Positions 27,733 to 40,699 of a DNA stretch of 64,000 bases are shown one piece after another. The notes beneath the pieces are model-generated. The model was not told the DNA's origin, did not search any database, and saw only the letters and a program-made list of their open reading frames with translations. The DNA comes from Escherichia coli (GTDB lineage: Bacteria > Pseudomonadota > Gammaproteobacteria > Enterobacterales > Enterobacteriaceae), in NCBI RefSeq assembly GCF_050920415.1, contig NZ_CP169309.1; one strand, 5' to 3'. A program made the position numbers and the translations under genes. The first letter of the stretch is position 1; each line of letters begins with the position of its first letter.

Positions 27733-27819
27733 GCGAAGGTGGCGGAATTGGTAGACGCGCTAGCTTCAGGTGTTAGTGTTCTTACGGACGTGGGGGTTCA
27801 AGTCCCCCCCCTCGCACCA
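27733..27819 (+). tRNA. leuP: tRNA-Leu (CAG)
   Basis: Second near-identical copy (one T/C difference in variable arm). Confidence 0.9.
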
Positions 27820-27853
27820 AACGAGGCGATATCAAAAAAAGTAAGATGACTGT

Positions 27854-27940
27854 GCGAAGGTGGCGGAATTGGTAGACGCGCTAGCTTCAGGTGTTAGTGT
27901 CCTTACGGACGTGGGGGTTCAAGTCCCCCCCCTCGCACCA
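27854..27940 (+). tRNA. leuV: tRNA-Leu (CAG)
   Basis: Third copy, identical to the first. Confidence 0.9.
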
Positions 27941-27967
27941 ATTATCTTTACTTCCTTCCTTGTTTTT

Positions 27968-28204
27968 TCATCCCTGATTCAAATTCATTATCATCAGCAT
28001 GACGCCAGCAATAAGCACCAGGCACGATGGTAGCAAAATGTAATGCCGTAACTGTTTGTGATACAACATCACCGGCGTCAACACCAATCCCATCAGAATG
28101 ACAATCCGCCACTGATCCGGCGATAAATCCGCATACGTCAGCCCTGCAATCAGCAATCCTGGCAGAAACACTCCCCAGCCACTGCCCAGCATACGTTGCA
28201 ACAT
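27968..28204 (-). CDS. yjjZ: Small inner-membrane protein YjjZ (DUF1435)
   Basis: Hydrophobic small ORF from MLQRMLGSGWGVFLPGLLIAGL...; position between leuV and fhuF as in K-12. Confidence 0.6.
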   Translation of the reverse strand: MLQRMLGSGWGVFLPGLLIAGLTYADLSPDQWRIVILMGLVLTPVMLYHKQLRHYILLPSCLVLIAGVMLMIMNLNQG

Positions 28205-28344
28205 GGTTTCATCTCTTTCATTGATAATGATAACCAATATCATATGATAATTTTTATCATTTGCAAGTCAGAGAAATCCCTTGCTATCGAATAAACCTAT
28301 CGCTAGGATTAGCAATCATTATCATTTAGATTACTATCCCGATT

Positions 28345-29133
28345 ATGGCCTATCGTTCCGCACCGCTCTATGAAGATGTTATCTGGCGAACGCATCTCCA
28401 GCCGCAGGATGCTGGGCTTGCACAAGCAGTACGTGCGACGATCGCCGAACATCGTGAACATTTGCTCGAGTTTATCCGTCTGGATGAACCCGCCCCGCTT
28501 AACGCCATGACGCTGGCGCAATGGTCATCACCGAATGCGTTAAGTTCTCTGTTAGCTGTTTATTCCGATCATATCTACCGCAATCAACCAACGATGATCC
28601 GCGAGAATAAGCCGCTGATCTCCCTGTGGGCGCAATGGTACATCGGCCTGATGGTGCCGCCATTAATGCTGGCCCTGTTAACGCAGGAAAAAGCATTAGA
28701 TGTGACGCCGGAACATTTCCTCGTTGAGTTTCACGAAACCGGACGCGCCGCCTGTTTCTGGGTCGATGTGTATGAAGATAAAAACGCAACACCACATTCA
28801 CCGCAGCAGCGAATGGAAACGTTAATCAGCCAGGCGCTTGTTCCGGTTGTGCAGGCACTAGAAGCAACGGGAGAGATTAACGGTAAACTTATCTGGAGCA
28901 ATACCGGTTATTTGATCAACTGGTACCTCACTGAGATGAAGCAGCTGCTCGGCGAGGCGACGGTTGAATCGCTGCGCCATGCCCTCTTTTTTGAGAAAAC
29001 GCTCACTACCGGTGAAGATAATCCACTCTGGCGTACCGTGGTGCTGCGCGACGGCCTGCTGGTGCGCCGCACTTGCTGCCAGCGTTATCGCTTGCCGGAT
29101 GTGCAGCAATGTGGTGACTGTACGCTGAAATAG
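28345..29133 (+). CDS. fhuF: Ferric-siderophore reductase FhuF
   Basis: 262 aa; C-terminal 2Fe-2S Cys motif CCQRYRLPDVQQCGDC. Confidence 0.85.
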   Translation: MAYRSAPLYEDVIWRTHLQPQDAGLAQAVRATIAEHREHLLEFIRLDEPAPLNAMTLAQWSSPNALSSLLAVYSDHIYRNQPTMIRENKPLISLWAQWYIGLMVPPLMLALLTQEKALDVTPEHFLVEFHETGRAACFWVDVYEDKNATPHSPQQRMETLISQALVPVVQALEATGEINGKLIWSNTGYLINWYLTEMKQLLGEATVESLRHALFFEKTLTTGEDNPLWRTVVLRDGLLVRRTCCQRYRLPDVQQCGDCTLK

Positions 29134-29171
29134 AAAAATTTGCCGGGGAAGTAAACCCGGCATTAAGCGTA

Positions 29172-29849
29172 TTAATAGGGGTGCAACACGTTACTTGCTT
29201 CGCAATGACGCATACATAACAGAATGTCTGCGGCCTCCAACAACCCTGCATCAGAACTGACGCCCAGTTTCGACATTACATTAAATTTATGCGCGCGGAT
29301 CGTTTTGATATTGCGTTTAAGCTGCTCGGCAATTTGTGTCATTGAGTAGCCACGCGACATAAAACGCAATATTTCTCTCTCCGTCGGGCTTAGCGTCCGG
29401 CTTTGGTTAATGTACCACTGATTGTTCAATCGGTCGGTCGCCTGACGCACACCATTTAATGACAAAAAGAGTTCCTGATGAAAAATCTCCAGCGTCGACG
29501 CTTTACTTAATACACCGTCCAGCGGTGATGGCGACAATGAACCAATCAGCCGAGCTTCAATATCATCATCCGCAATAACTAAACGTCGGGTACGCGGAAA
29601 CTTAATCGCCAGTTCAGTCAGGCAAGATAATCCCTCTCTGCGTTTACTTCTCATGGCAGAAAAAGAAAAAATGACCGCCGCAAATGAGATCCGCGACATG
29701 GCATCCTGAAATGACTCCTGACTGGTATAGATATGGAGCTTATAAGGGTTACCTGCAAACTTTCTGAATAAACTCTCAATACCGATACTGCTCATGACGC
29801 ATTTTTCTATGAGTGCGACATTTCTCTTCTTAATTCGGCTGTGTTCCAT
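29172..29849 (-). CDS. bglJ: LuxR-family transcriptional regulator BglJ
   Basis: 225 aa with C-terminal LuxR HTH ([25 protein letters not shown]). Confidence 0.8.
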
Positions 29850-30532
29850 TCTGCGGCATCTCCATAAACAGAAGGCAAGTTAAGTTCTCTTGCACCCTGC
29901 GCGCTATTTATCCATGCATACATTTCAGCGTTGCTGTGAATTGCCAGTCGACGCATCGCACTGTTTTTTTGGGCGCTGATAGTTTTATTACTTTTCTTAA
30001 GCAATGAAGCTATCTGGTTGATGCCCCATCCTTTACCTAATAGCCGCAGTACTTTGCGCTCTGAAAGAGTGAGAATAACGGAGCGATAGCTAAAATCATG
30101 CGTTTCAGTCATTGCCGGAGAGGTCAGCATGGCACTGATACGCTCTGCGTGCGTATTGCCAGAACGCACGGTCTTGACCAGATTCTCAATGGGTTCAACA
30201 TCAGACAATAATGTCGCCGTAGGGCACATGAGCAGTTCTACCGCCTGGGAATACCAGGAGCGTGACACCATGAAAACCCAGTGAATTTCCCGATATTGTG
30301 AGATTAAAGAATAATAATGCTCACAAACAGAACGAGGATCTTCACTTTCACCGGCTAAATCTGCAATAACTAATCCGGAACGACGTAATTGTAATAAGGT
30401 AAGGTCCTCCGCAGAGGCGCTGGATATTATTTCATATTCAGGGAAGTGAGTCCTCATGACCTCTTTTAACCCTGCTTGCATAACAGGTATTTTACTGATA
30501 ACAATTCCATTTTTGCAGCATCCTGGCAACAT
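29807..30532 (-). CDS. yjjQ: LuxR-family transcriptional regulator YjjQ
   Basis: 241 aa with C-terminal LuxR HTH ([23 protein letters not shown]); overlaps bglJ start. Confidence 0.8.
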
Positions 30533-31152
30533 ATTTCCTCCACATCCACTGTCTAAAAATCATGATGGTCTATTCAGGATATTCATTCCTTAAATGTTTC
30601 CAGCAAATTAATAGATTAAGCGAATAAATTATCCTTTGCATTCACTTTCATATCAGCATACTCCTGCTGCACAATAACTCCACTGCATGTGTCAGAAGGT
30701 TAGCATCAAATGATAACCTGGTGAAATAGCCTGGAGACATTTAAAATATCTACATTAAGTTGTTAGAAATACTTAATGAAAAACAGAATTCTCATTCATT
30801 TAATTTATAATTAAAAAATATTTCTTCTCGCAAAATAAAAAATCACACAATCAATATTTATTCAATAAAATCTGATAGTTTTATCTTTTTTAAAGCCTAA
30901 AAAAGCACTCAGTTATTGATAATCCCGATTCGTAAAAACCAGACCATACATTCATTATGCCGATAATATTCACGTTATAATTTGTTTACAGCTTGAGATT
31001 ATTCGTTTTTTACCCTCCGAGCCTCTCCCGATAACCAGGATTAATCAGCGCAATTTTGATCTTAACCTGCCGCAAAACAACCGCGCTTCATGATACAAAT
31101 GGATTCTCATAATTTGAACAATACGCAGCGCGTCTATGACAAAGGGCGAGTT

Positions 31153-32387
<1,235 letters not shown>

Positions 32388-32494
32388 AATTGCCTCACTT
32401 AAAGCACGCGGATGAGAGACAGCCTCCTCTCCTCCGTGTGTTACTATAAAAGTTATCTCCCTTCTCGTTCATCGTTCCATATTTGAGAAACAGT

Positions 32495-33034
32495 ATGTCT
32501 TCCAGAGTTTTGACCCCGGACGTCGTTGGTATTGACGCCCTGGTACACGATCACCAAACCGTTCTGGCAAAAGCTGAAGGCGGTGTGGTTGCCGTATTTG
32601 CTAACAATGCCCCGGCGTTTTATGCCGTCACGCCTGCGCGCCTGGCTGAACTGCTGGCGCTGGAAGAAAAGCTGGCGCGTCCAGGAAGCGATGTCGCTCT
32701 GGACGATCAACTCTATCAGGAACCGCAAGTCGCTCCCGTTGCTGTACCCATGGGGAAATTCGCCATGTATCCGGACTGGCAACCCGATGCCGACTTTATC
32801 CGCCTGGCGGCGCTATGGGGCGTGGCGCTAAGAGAGCCGGTGACCACCGAAGAACTGGCCTCATTCATTGCCTACTGGCAGGCGGAAGGTAAAGTCTTTC
32901 ACCATGTACAGTGGCAACAAAAACTGGCGCGCAGCCTGCAAATCGGTCGTGCCAGCAACGGCGGACTGCCGAAACGAGATGTGAACACGGTCAGCGAACC
33001 TGACAGCCAAATTCCACCAGGATTCAGAGGGTAA
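32495..33034 (+). CDS. dnaT: Primosomal protein DnaT
   Basis: 179 aa [30 protein letters not shown]...SQIPPGFRG. Confidence 0.9.
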   Translation: MSSRVLTPDVVGIDALVHDHQTVLAKAEGGVVAVFANNAPAFYAVTPARLAELLALEEKLARPGSDVALDDQLYQEPQVAPVAVPMGKFAMYPDWQPDADFIRLAALWGVALREPVTTEELASFIAYWQAEGKVFHHVQWQQKLARSLQIGRASNGGLPKRDVNTVSEPDSQIPPGFRG

Positions 33035-33036
33035 CG

Positions 33037-33774
33037 ATGAAAAACGTTGGCGACCTGATGCAACGCCTGCAAAAAATGATGCCTGCCCATATCAAACCTG
33101 CGTTTAAAACGGGTGAAGAACTGCTGGCCTGGCAGAAAGAACAAGGGGCAATCCGCTCCGCCGCTCTCGAACGTGAAAACCGGGCGATGAAAATGCAGCG
33201 CACCTTTAACCGCTCCGGTATTCGTCCACTGCATCAGAACTGCTCCTTTGAGAACTATCGCGTTGAGTGTGAAGGGCAGATGAATGCGTTAAGCAAAGCA
33301 CGCCAGTATGTCGAAGAGTTTGACGGCAACATCGCCAGCTTCATCTTTTCTGGCAAGCCAGGAACCGGCAAAAACCATCTGGCGGCGGCAATCTGCAACG
33401 AGCTACTGCTACGCGGTAAATCCGTATTGATCATCACCGTGGCCGATATTATGTCGGCGATGAAAGATACCTTCAGGAATAGCGGTACCAGCGAAGAACA
33501 ACTGCTTAACGATCTGAGCAACGTTGATCTGCTGGTGATCGATGAGATCGGTGTGCAGACCGAATCGAAATACGAAAAAGTGATCATCAACCAGATCGTC
33601 GATCGCCGCTCTTCTTCCAAACGCCCAACCGGGATGCTGACCAACAGTAATATGGAAGAGATGACCAAGTTGCTGGGCGAACGCGTGATGGATCGTATGC
33701 GCCTGGGTAACAGTTTGTGGGTGATCTTCAACTGGGATAGCTACCGTAGCCGGGTAACGGGTAAAGAGTATTAA
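33037..33774 (+). CDS. dnaC: Replicative helicase loader DnaC
   Basis: 245 aa; Walker A GKPGTGKNHL, Walker B LLVIDEIG. Confidence 0.95.
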   Translation: MKNVGDLMQRLQKMMPAHIKPAFKTGEELLAWQKEQGAIRSAALERENRAMKMQRTFNRSGIRPLHQNCSFENYRVECEGQMNALSKARQYVEEFDGNIASFIFSGKPGTGKNHLAAAICNELLLRGKSVLIITVADIMSAMKDTFRNSGTSEEQLLNDLSNVDLLVIDEIGVQTESKYEKVIINQIVDRRSSSKRPTGMLTNSNMEEMTKLLGERVMDRMRLGNSLWVIFNWDSYRSRVTGKEY

Positions 33775-33819
33775 TCCCAATTTCTGGCGGTATACTGCGA
33801 CACAATTCCACCTTGAGTA

Positions 33820-34317
33820 ATGATGATGAAAACTATTAAACATCTTCTGTGCTGTGCCCTTGCTGCCAGCGCATTAATTTCCACCGGGGTGCATGCTGCA
33901 TCCTGGAAAGATGCGCTCTCCAGCGCCGCCAGCGAACTTGGCAACCAAAACAGCACGACACAAGAAGGCGGTTGGTCGCTCGCTTCATTAACTAGCTTGC
34001 TTAGCAGCGGGAACCAGGCCTTAAGCGCAGATAACATGAACAATGCCGCAGGCATACTGCAATACTGCGCCAAGCAAAAGCTAGCTTCGGTAACCGATGC
34101 CGAAAACATCAAGAACCAGGTGCTGGAAAAGCTGGGCCTGAACAGTGAAGAGCAAAAAGAAGACACCAACTATCTGGATGGCATTCAGGGTTTGCTGAAA
34201 ACCAAAGATGGTCAGCAACTCAATCTGGATAACATCGGAACGACTCCGCTGGCAGAAAAGGTGAAAACCAAAGCCTGCGATCTGGTGTTAAAGCAGGGGC
34301 TAAACTTCATTTCCTGA
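33820..34317 (+). CDS. yjjA: Periplasmic protein YjjA (DUF2501)
   Basis: Signal peptide MMKTIKHLLCCALAASALISTGVHA; position after dnaC. Confidence 0.7.
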   Translation: MMMKTIKHLLCCALAASALISTGVHAASWKDALSSAASELGNQNSTTQEGGWSLASLTSLLSSGNQALSADNMNNAAGILQYCAKQKLASVTDAENIKNQVLEKLGLNSEEQKEDTNYLDGIQGLLKTKDGQQLNLDNIGTTPLAEKVKTKACDLVLKQGLNFIS

Positions 34318-34570
34318 TCCGCGAAACGCCGCGTTTTAGCTGTTACCCGGCTGACGCGGCTCTCTCCTGCCCTTTTCCCTGCTCCTGTACGGTTTTCCCC
34401 CTGTTACACGGGAAGCGACCGTAATCAAAAAAGTCTGTTTATAAACTAATTCCTAACAACATCGCATTTTTTTGACACTAGAATTGCAGCAATATGGCGA
34501 CGCCATTACATTGTGCTTCTCAAAAAGCTTAAACGTTGGCTAAACGGCCCGGTTTAGTGAGGATCGCCCG

Positions 34571-36862
34571 TTGTCAGAACTACTCTCTTTCGCCCTTTTT
34601 CTCGCCTCTGTGCTCATTTACGCATGGAAAGCGGGACGTAATACCTGGTGGTTTGCAGCCACATTAACGGTGCTGGGGCTATTTGTCGTTTTAAATATCA
34701 CCCTGTTTGCCAGCGACTATTTTACTGGTGATGGTATTAACGACGCGGTTCTCTATACCTTAACCAACAGCCTGACCGGTGCTGGCGTCAGCAAATACAT
34801 TCTTCCGGGTATCGGCATTGTGCTGGGGCTGACGGCGGTGTTCGGTGCTCTGGGCTGGATCCTGCGCCGTCGTCGTCATCATCCGCACCATTTTGGTTAC
34901 AGCCTGCTGGCACTCTTACTGGCGCTGGGTTCAGTGGATGCCAGCCCGGCATTTCGTCAGATAACGGAACTGGTGAAATCCCAGTCACGCGACGGCGACC
35001 CGGACTTTGCGGCTTATTATAAAGAGCCGTCGAAAACTATCCCTGACCCGAAACTCAACCTGGTTTATATCTACGGCGAAAGTCTCGAGCGAACCTATTT
35101 TGATAACGAAGCTTTCCCGGATCTCACGCCTGAACTGGGCGCGTTGAAAAATGAAGGCCTGGATTTCAGCCACACGCAGCAGCTGCCAGGAACGGATTAC
35201 ACGATTGCGGGCATGGTGGCTTCTCAGTGCGGCATACCGCTGTTTGCCCCCTTTGAAGGCAACGCCTCCGCTTCTGTTTCCAGCTTCTTCCCACAGAACA
35301 TCTGCCTGGGCGATATCCTGAAGAACTCGGGTTATCAGAACTATTTCGTGCAGGGCGCGAATCTGCGTTTTGCCGGTAAAGATGTGTTCCTGAAGTCGCA
35401 CGGCTTCGACCATTTATATGGCTCAGAAGAGCTGAAAAGCGTGGTGGCAGACCCACACTATCGCAACGACTGGGGATTCTACGACGATACCGTGCTGGAT
35501 GAAGCGTGGAAAAAGTTTGAAGAGCTTTCCCGCTCTGGCCAGCGATTCTCACTGTTTACCCTGACGGTCGATACCCATCACCCGGATGGTTTTATCTCGC
35601 GCACCTGTAACCGCAAAAAATATGATTTTGACGGTAAGCCAAATCAGTCATTCAGTGCGGTAAGTTGCAGCCAGGAGAACATCGCAACGTTTATCAACAA
35701 AATCAAAGCATCACCGTGGTTTAAGGATACCGTTATCGTCGTCTCGTCTGACCATTTAGCGATGAACAACACGGCGTGGAAATACCTCAATAAGCAAGAT
35801 CGCAATAATCTGTTTTTCGTCATTCGTGGCGACAAGCCGCAGCAAGAAACGCTGGCGGTGAAGCGTAATACGATGGATAACGGCGCGACGGTGTTGGACA
35901 TTCTCGGTGGCGATAACTATCTCGGACTTGGTCGTAGCAGTTTATCCGGGCAGTCAATGTCGGAAATCTTCCTCAATATCAAAGAGAAAACGTTGGCGTG
36001 GAAGCCGGATATCATCCGCCTGTGGAAATTCCCTAAAGAGATGAAAGAGTTCACCATCGACCAGCAGAAAAACATGATTGCCTTCTCAGGTAGCCATTTC
36101 CGTTTGCCGCTGCTGTTGCGGGTTTCAGACAAACGCGTGGAACCGCTGCCGGAAAGTGAATACTCAGCACCGCTGCGTTTCCAGTTGGCCGATTTTGCTC
36201 CACGCGACAATTTCGTCTGGGTTGACCGTTGCTATAAGATGGCACAACTCTGGGCTCCGGAACTGGCACTTTCCACCGACTGGTGTGTCTCGCAAGGGCA
36301 GCTTGGCGGTCAGCAAATTGTCCAGCATGTTGATAAAACAACATGGAAGGGCAAAACGGCATTTAAAGATACGGTCATCGACATGGCGCGTTACAAAGGC
36401 AATGTCGATACGCTGAAGATTGTTGATAACGATATTCGCTACAAAGCCGACAGCTTCATTTTTAACGTCGCCGGTGCGCCGGAAGAGGTGAAACAATTTA
36501 GTGGGATTTCCCGTCCGGAGTCGTGGGGCCGCTGGTCCAACGCGCAGTTGGGCGATGAAGTCAAAATTGAGTACAAGCATCCGCTGCCGAAGAAATTTGA
36601 CCTGGTGATTACCGCCAAAGCATACGGCAATAACGCCAGCCGTCCTATTCCGGTACGCGTAGGCAATGATGAACAAACCCTTGTGCTGGGCAATGAAGTA
36701 ACCACCACCACGCTGCATTTCGATAACCCAACCGATGCTGACACGCTGGTGATTGTGCCACCTGAACCCGTCTCAACCAACGAAGGGAATATCCTCGGAC
36801 ACTCGCCGCGTAAGCTTGGTATCGGCATGGTGGAAATTAAAGTGGTGGAACGTGAAGGGTAA
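34571..36862 (+). CDS. opgB: Phosphoglycerol transferase I (OPG biosynthesis)
   Basis: 763 aa, N-terminal multi-TM plus sulfatase-like domain; matches K-12 MdoB/OpgB. Confidence 0.9.
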   Translation: MSELLSFALFLASVLIYAWKAGRNTWWFAATLTVLGLFVVLNITLFASDYFTGDGINDAVLYTLTNSLTGAGVSKYILPGIGIVLGLTAVFGALGWILRRRRHHPHHFGYSLLALLLALGSVDASPAFRQITELVKSQSRDGDPDFAAYYKEPSKTIPDPKLNLVYIYGESLERTYFDNEAFPDLTPELGALKNEGLDFSHTQQLPGTDYTIAGMVASQCGIPLFAPFEGNASASVSSFFPQNICLGDILKNSGYQNYFVQGANLRFAGKDVFLKSHGFDHLYGSEELKSVVADPHYRNDWGFYDDTVLDEAWKKFEELSRSGQRFSLFTLTVDTHHPDGFISRTCNRKKYDFDGKPNQSFSAVSCSQENIATFINKIKASPWFKDTVIVVSSDHLAMNNTAWKYLNKQDRNNLFFVIRGDKPQQETLAVKRNTMDNGATVLDILGGDNYLGLGRSSLSGQSMSEIFLNIKEKTLAWKPDIIRLWKFPKEMKEFTIDQQKNMIAFSGSHFRLPLLLRVSDKRVEPLPESEYSAPLRFQLADFAPRDNFVWVDRCYKMAQLWAPELALSTDWCVSQGQLGGQQIVQHVDKTTWKGKTAFKDTVIDMARYKGNVDTLKIVDNDIRYKADSFIFNVAGAPEEVKQFSGISRPESWGRWSNAQLGDEVKIEYKHPLPKKFDLVITAKAYGNNASRPIPVRVGNDEQTLVLGNEVTTTTLHFDNPTDADTLVIVPPEPVSTNEGNILGHSPRKLGIGMVEIKVVEREG

Positions 36863-36996
36863 TTCCTGACTGATTTGTAGGTCGCATAAGGTGCGACCTA
36901 CACACCTTCTCCGGCACACAACACATTATTAAGAAACAAAAAAAACAGCGCCCAACACTTCCCCGGACGCTGCATGGCAACTTTAATAATCTCGCC

Positions 36997-38022
36997 TTAT
37001 AAGAAAGTAATTACACCCTTAATCAACTCACGATTGTTAATCACATCGCGCTCATAGGTTTCTGCCAGCGTGGCGAACGGATAGCGATGGGTTAACATCA
37101 TGTCGGCAGTGATTTTTCCTTCCGCCATCAGTCGACCGACTTTAGCGAAATCTTCCGGCGTGGCGTTGCGGCTGCCCATCATCGTCGTTTCTTTTTTATG
37201 GAATTCCGGATCGGAGAACTGCAACTCACCTTTAAACAGACCGACAAATACCACCGTGCCGCCGTGACGAATCAGATTTACGGTGTTATTCATCGCATGT
37301 TGATTACCTGTCGCGTCGATCACTTTCTGCGCCAGCGAACCACCAAACTGCGCCCGCAGCTGCGCGTCAAAATCTTCGGCTGACGGGTCCAGCACGGGCA
37401 ACTCCAGACGCGTTGCCACATGTTCTCGGCGTGCCGGACTGGTATCCGCCACCACCACCTGTGCGCCATCAGCTTTAGCGATTGCCGCCGCGCCCAGACC
37501 AATTGGCCCCGCCCCGACCACCAGCACCTGCTCGCCGGGAGCAATAGCCGCACGACGCACCGCATGAGCGCTAATAGCGAAAGGTTCAATCAATGCTGCC
37601 GCCTGCGGGTCAATACCGTCTGCGGGCAAAATGTTCGCCACCGGCACGCTCAAATACTCACTAAAACCACCATCCTGATGCACACCAATAACTGAAATTT
37701 TTTCACAGCAATTGGTGCGACCGCTTTTACATGCCGGGCATTGCTGACAGGCAACATAAGGGATCACCGCAACTTGCTGACCATTTTTAAGATCAGCAAT
37801 ATTTTTACCCAGCCCAACAATCTCCCCACATATTTCATGGCCTAAAACGCGTGGATAACTAAAAAATGGTTGATTTCCACCCCAGGCATGAATATCGGTA
37901 CCGCAAATCCCGACAGACTTAATTTTTATTAATACTTCATTGTCACCCGGAATAGGTATCTCGCGTTGTTTCCAGACTAATTCTTTCGGCTGCTGGCAAA
38001 TTAAAACATTCATCGTAGACAT
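36997..38022 (-). CDS. lgoD: Zn-dependent L-galactonate-5-dehydrogenase
   Basis: MDR-family alcohol dehydrogenase motifs (GHE, GxGxxG: VVGAGPIGLGAA). Confidence 0.8.
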   Translation of the reverse strand: MSTMNVLICQQPKELVWKQREIPIPGDNEVLIKIKSVGICGTDIHAWGGNQPFFSYPRVLGHEICGEIVGLGKNIADLKNGQQVAVIPYVACQQCPACKSGRTNCCEKISVIGVHQDGGFSEYLSVPVANILPADGIDPQAAALIEPFAISAHAVRRAAIAPGEQVLVVGAGPIGLGAAAIAKADGAQVVVADTSPARREHVATRLELPVLDPSAEDFDAQLRAQFGGSLAQKVIDATGNQHAMNNTVNLIRHGGTVVFVGLFKGELQFSDPEFHKKETTMMGSRNATPEDFAKVGRLMAEGKITADMMLTHRYPFATLAETYERDVINNRELIKGVITFL

Positions 38023-38160
38023 GATTCGGCTCTCCATTTTTTGTTGCCTTAGATATCAATGAAAATGAAAAATGGCAGCGGAACGGAAAATCTGTTTTGT
38101 GAAAACACACGCATAAAAATGTTTTAAATCGGGTTTTAATGGACTCACAAGGAGGAAAAT

Positions 38161-39075
38161 ATGAGTCGCTCACAAAATTTACGCCACAATGTGATTAACC
38201 AGGTCATTGATGATATGGCGCGGGGTCACATCCCTTCCCCACTTCCATCGCAAAGTGCGCTGGCGGAAATGTACAACATCAGCCGCACCACAGTGCGTCA
38301 TATTCTCAGCCACTTACGCGAATGCGGCGTCTTGACGCAGGTTGGAAACGACTATGTTATTGCGCGTAAACCTGACCATGATGACGGTTTCGCCTGTACT
38401 ACCGCTTCAATGAGTGAACAAAACAAAGTGTTTGAGCAGGCTTTTTTCACGATGATAAACCAGCGTCAGTTACGCCCTGGGGAAACTTTTTCTGAACTGC
38501 AACTGGCGCGGGCCGCGGGTGTCAGCCCGGTTGTAGTAAGAGAATATCTTTTAAAATTCGGCCGTTATAATCTTATTCAAAGCGAAAAGCGCGGCCAGTG
38601 GAGCATGAAGCAATTCGATCAATCCTACGCCGAGCAGCTGTTTGAGCTACGCGAAATGCTCGAAACTCATTCACTTCAGCACTTTCTCAACCTGCCTGAT
38701 CATGATCCCCGCTGGCTGCAGGCGAAAACCATGCTCGAACGTCATCGGCTACTGCGTGACAACATCGGCAATAGCTTTCGCATGTTCTCGCAACTTGACA
38801 GAGATTTTCACTCCTTACTGCTTTCAGCTGCCGACAATATCTTTTTTGATCAATCGCTTGAGATCATCTCAGTCATCTTTCATTTTCACTATCAATGGGA
38901 CGAAAGCGATCTTAAACAGCGCAATATCATTGCCGTCGATGAGCATATGACCATTCTCAGCGCTCTGATTTGCCGCAGTGACCTGGATGCCACCCTTGCG
39001 CTCCGTAACCATTTGAATTCAGCTAAACAATCAATGATTCGATCCATTAATGAGAACACGCGTTATGCTCATTAA
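38161..39075 (+). CDS. lgoR: GntR/FadR-type regulator LgoR
   Basis: 304 aa with N-terminal GntR-type HTH. Confidence 0.8.
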   Translation: MSRSQNLRHNVINQVIDDMARGHIPSPLPSQSALAEMYNISRTTVRHILSHLRECGVLTQVGNDYVIARKPDHDDGFACTTASMSEQNKVFEQAFFTMINQRQLRPGETFSELQLARAAGVSPVVVREYLLKFGRYNLIQSEKRGQWSMKQFDQSYAEQLFELREMLETHSLQHFLNLPDHDPRWLQAKTMLERHRLLRDNIGNSFRMFSQLDRDFHSLLLSAADNIFFDQSLEIISVIFHFHYQWDESDLKQRNIIAVDEHMTILSALICRSDLDATLALRNHLNSAKQSMIRSINENTRYAH

Positions 39076-39289
39076 GTACGGATTAAAAACAGCAAACTAT
39101 TAGCGGGTGCACGGTTTTATCAAAAGATAAATACCGGAAAATTCCCGCTTACCTATGCTCACAATCAGTCGACTAAAAATGTTTTTGTGAGCGGTAGTAA
39201 AGTCCTAAAACTTTTACCTGCCGTTAATGTCAACCTTGCGTAATGCACAATTACGTAAACAATTAAAATTATAAATACAGGAGTCCGGC

Positions 39290-40651
39290 GTGGAAAAAGA
39301 AAATATCACCCTCGATCCGCGTTCTTCATTTACTCCATCTTCGTCGGCAGATATTCCCGTGCCACCAGATGGATTAGTTCAACGCAGTACCCGAATTAAA
39401 CGCATTCAAACCACCGCCATGTTGTTATTATTTTTTGCGGCGGTAATCAATTATCTCGACCGCAGTTCACTGTCGGTAGCAAATTTAACGATTCGTGAAG
39501 AATTGGGATTAAGTGCCACCGAAATCGGCGCTTTGCTCTCCGTGTTTTCACTCGCTTACGGGATTGCGCAACTTCCTTGCGGCCCACTATTGGATCGTAA
39601 AGGCCCGCGCCTGATGCTGGGACTGGGGATGTTCTTCTGGTCACTGTTCCAGGCAATGTCTGGCATGGTGCACAGCTTTACGCAGTTCGTGTTGGTGCGT
39701 ATAGGTATGGGGATTGGTGAAGCGCCGATGAACCCATGCGGTGTAAAAGTCATTAACGACTGGTTCAACATCAAAGAGCGCGGACGCCCGATGGGCTTCT
39801 TCAACGCAGCTTCTACCATTGGCGTTGCCGTAAGCCCACCGATTCTGGCGGCGATGATGCTGGTGATGGGCTGGCGCGGGATGTTTATTACCATTGGTGT
39901 ACTGGGGATTTTTCTCGCCATCGGTTGGTATATGCTCTATCGCAACCGCGAGCACGTTGAACTGACTGCCGTTGAACAAGCCTATCTCAATGCCGGTAGC
40001 GTCAATGCCCGCCGTGATCCACTCAGTTTTGCTGAATGGCGCAGCCTGTTCCGTAACCGCACAATGTGGGGAATGATGCTCGGATTCAGTGGCATCAATT
40101 ACACTGCGTGGCTGTATCTGGCCTGGCTGCCAGGTTACCTGCAAACAGCCTATAACCTGGATTTAAAAAGCACCGGGTTGATGGCGGCTATCCCTTTCCT
40201 GTTTGGGGCTGCCGGGATGCTGGTCAATGGTTACGTTACCGACTGGCTGGTCAAAGGAGGAATGGCTCCGATTAAAAGCCGTAAGATCTGCATTATTGCC
40301 GGGATGTTCTGTTCTGCCGCCTTTACGCTGGTCGTACCGCAAGCGACAACATCCATGACAGCGGTTCTGCTGATTGGCATGGCACTGTTCTGTATTCACT
40401 TTGCCGGAACATCCTGCTGGGGCTTGATCCACGTCGCAGTTGCTTCTCGCATGACTGCGTCGGTGGGCAGTATCCAAAACTTTGCCAGCTTCATCTGCGC
40501 CTCTTTTGCGCCGATCATTACTGGTTTTATTGTTGATACCACCCACTCATTCCGTCTGGCGCTAATCATCTGCGGTTGCGTCACCGCGGCGGGTGCACTG
40601 GCATACATCTTCCTGGTCCGTCAGCCGATCAACGACCCACGTAAAGATTAA
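39290..40651 (+). CDS. lgoT: MFS L-galactonate transporter LgoT
   Basis: 453 aa, 12-TM MFS pattern. Confidence 0.8.
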   Translation: MEKENITLDPRSSFTPSSSADIPVPPDGLVQRSTRIKRIQTTAMLLLFFAAVINYLDRSSLSVANLTIREELGLSATEIGALLSVFSLAYGIAQLPCGPLLDRKGPRLMLGLGMFFWSLFQAMSGMVHSFTQFVLVRIGMGIGEAPMNPCGVKVINDWFNIKERGRPMGFFNAASTIGVAVSPPILAAMMLVMGWRGMFITIGVLGIFLAIGWYMLYRNREHVELTAVEQAYLNAGSVNARRDPLSFAEWRSLFRNRTMWGMMLGFSGINYTAWLYLAWLPGYLQTAYNLDLKSTGLMAAIPFLFGAAGMLVNGYVTDWLVKGGMAPIKSRKICIIAGMFCSAAFTLVVPQATTSMTAVLLIGMALFCIHFAGTSCWGLIHVAVASRMTASVGSIQNFASFICASFAPIITGFIVDTTHSFRLALIICGCVTAAGALAYIFLVRQPINDPRKD

Positions 40652-40699
40652 TTTCCCTATGCCCGATAACATTTTGCTTATCGGGCATTTTTATGGCGA

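Noticed and set aside
27618-27940. Three near-identical 87-bp direct repeats with about 30-bp spacers, which could look like a repeat-spacer array
   Set aside because: Each repeat is a complete tRNA-Leu(CAG) gene (leuQ, leuP, leuV); the units are too long and too few, and no cas genes are nearby.
34788-36828. Several minus-strand ORFs of 66-184 aa
   Set aside because: All lie antisense within opgB and have low-complexity translations; spurious.
36870-36990. 10-bp perfect hairpin GTAGGTCGCA-taagg-TGCGACCTAC after opgB as a possible regulatory RNA
   Set aside because: Most simply a REP-like or terminator hairpin in a convergent intergenic region; no further structure noted.
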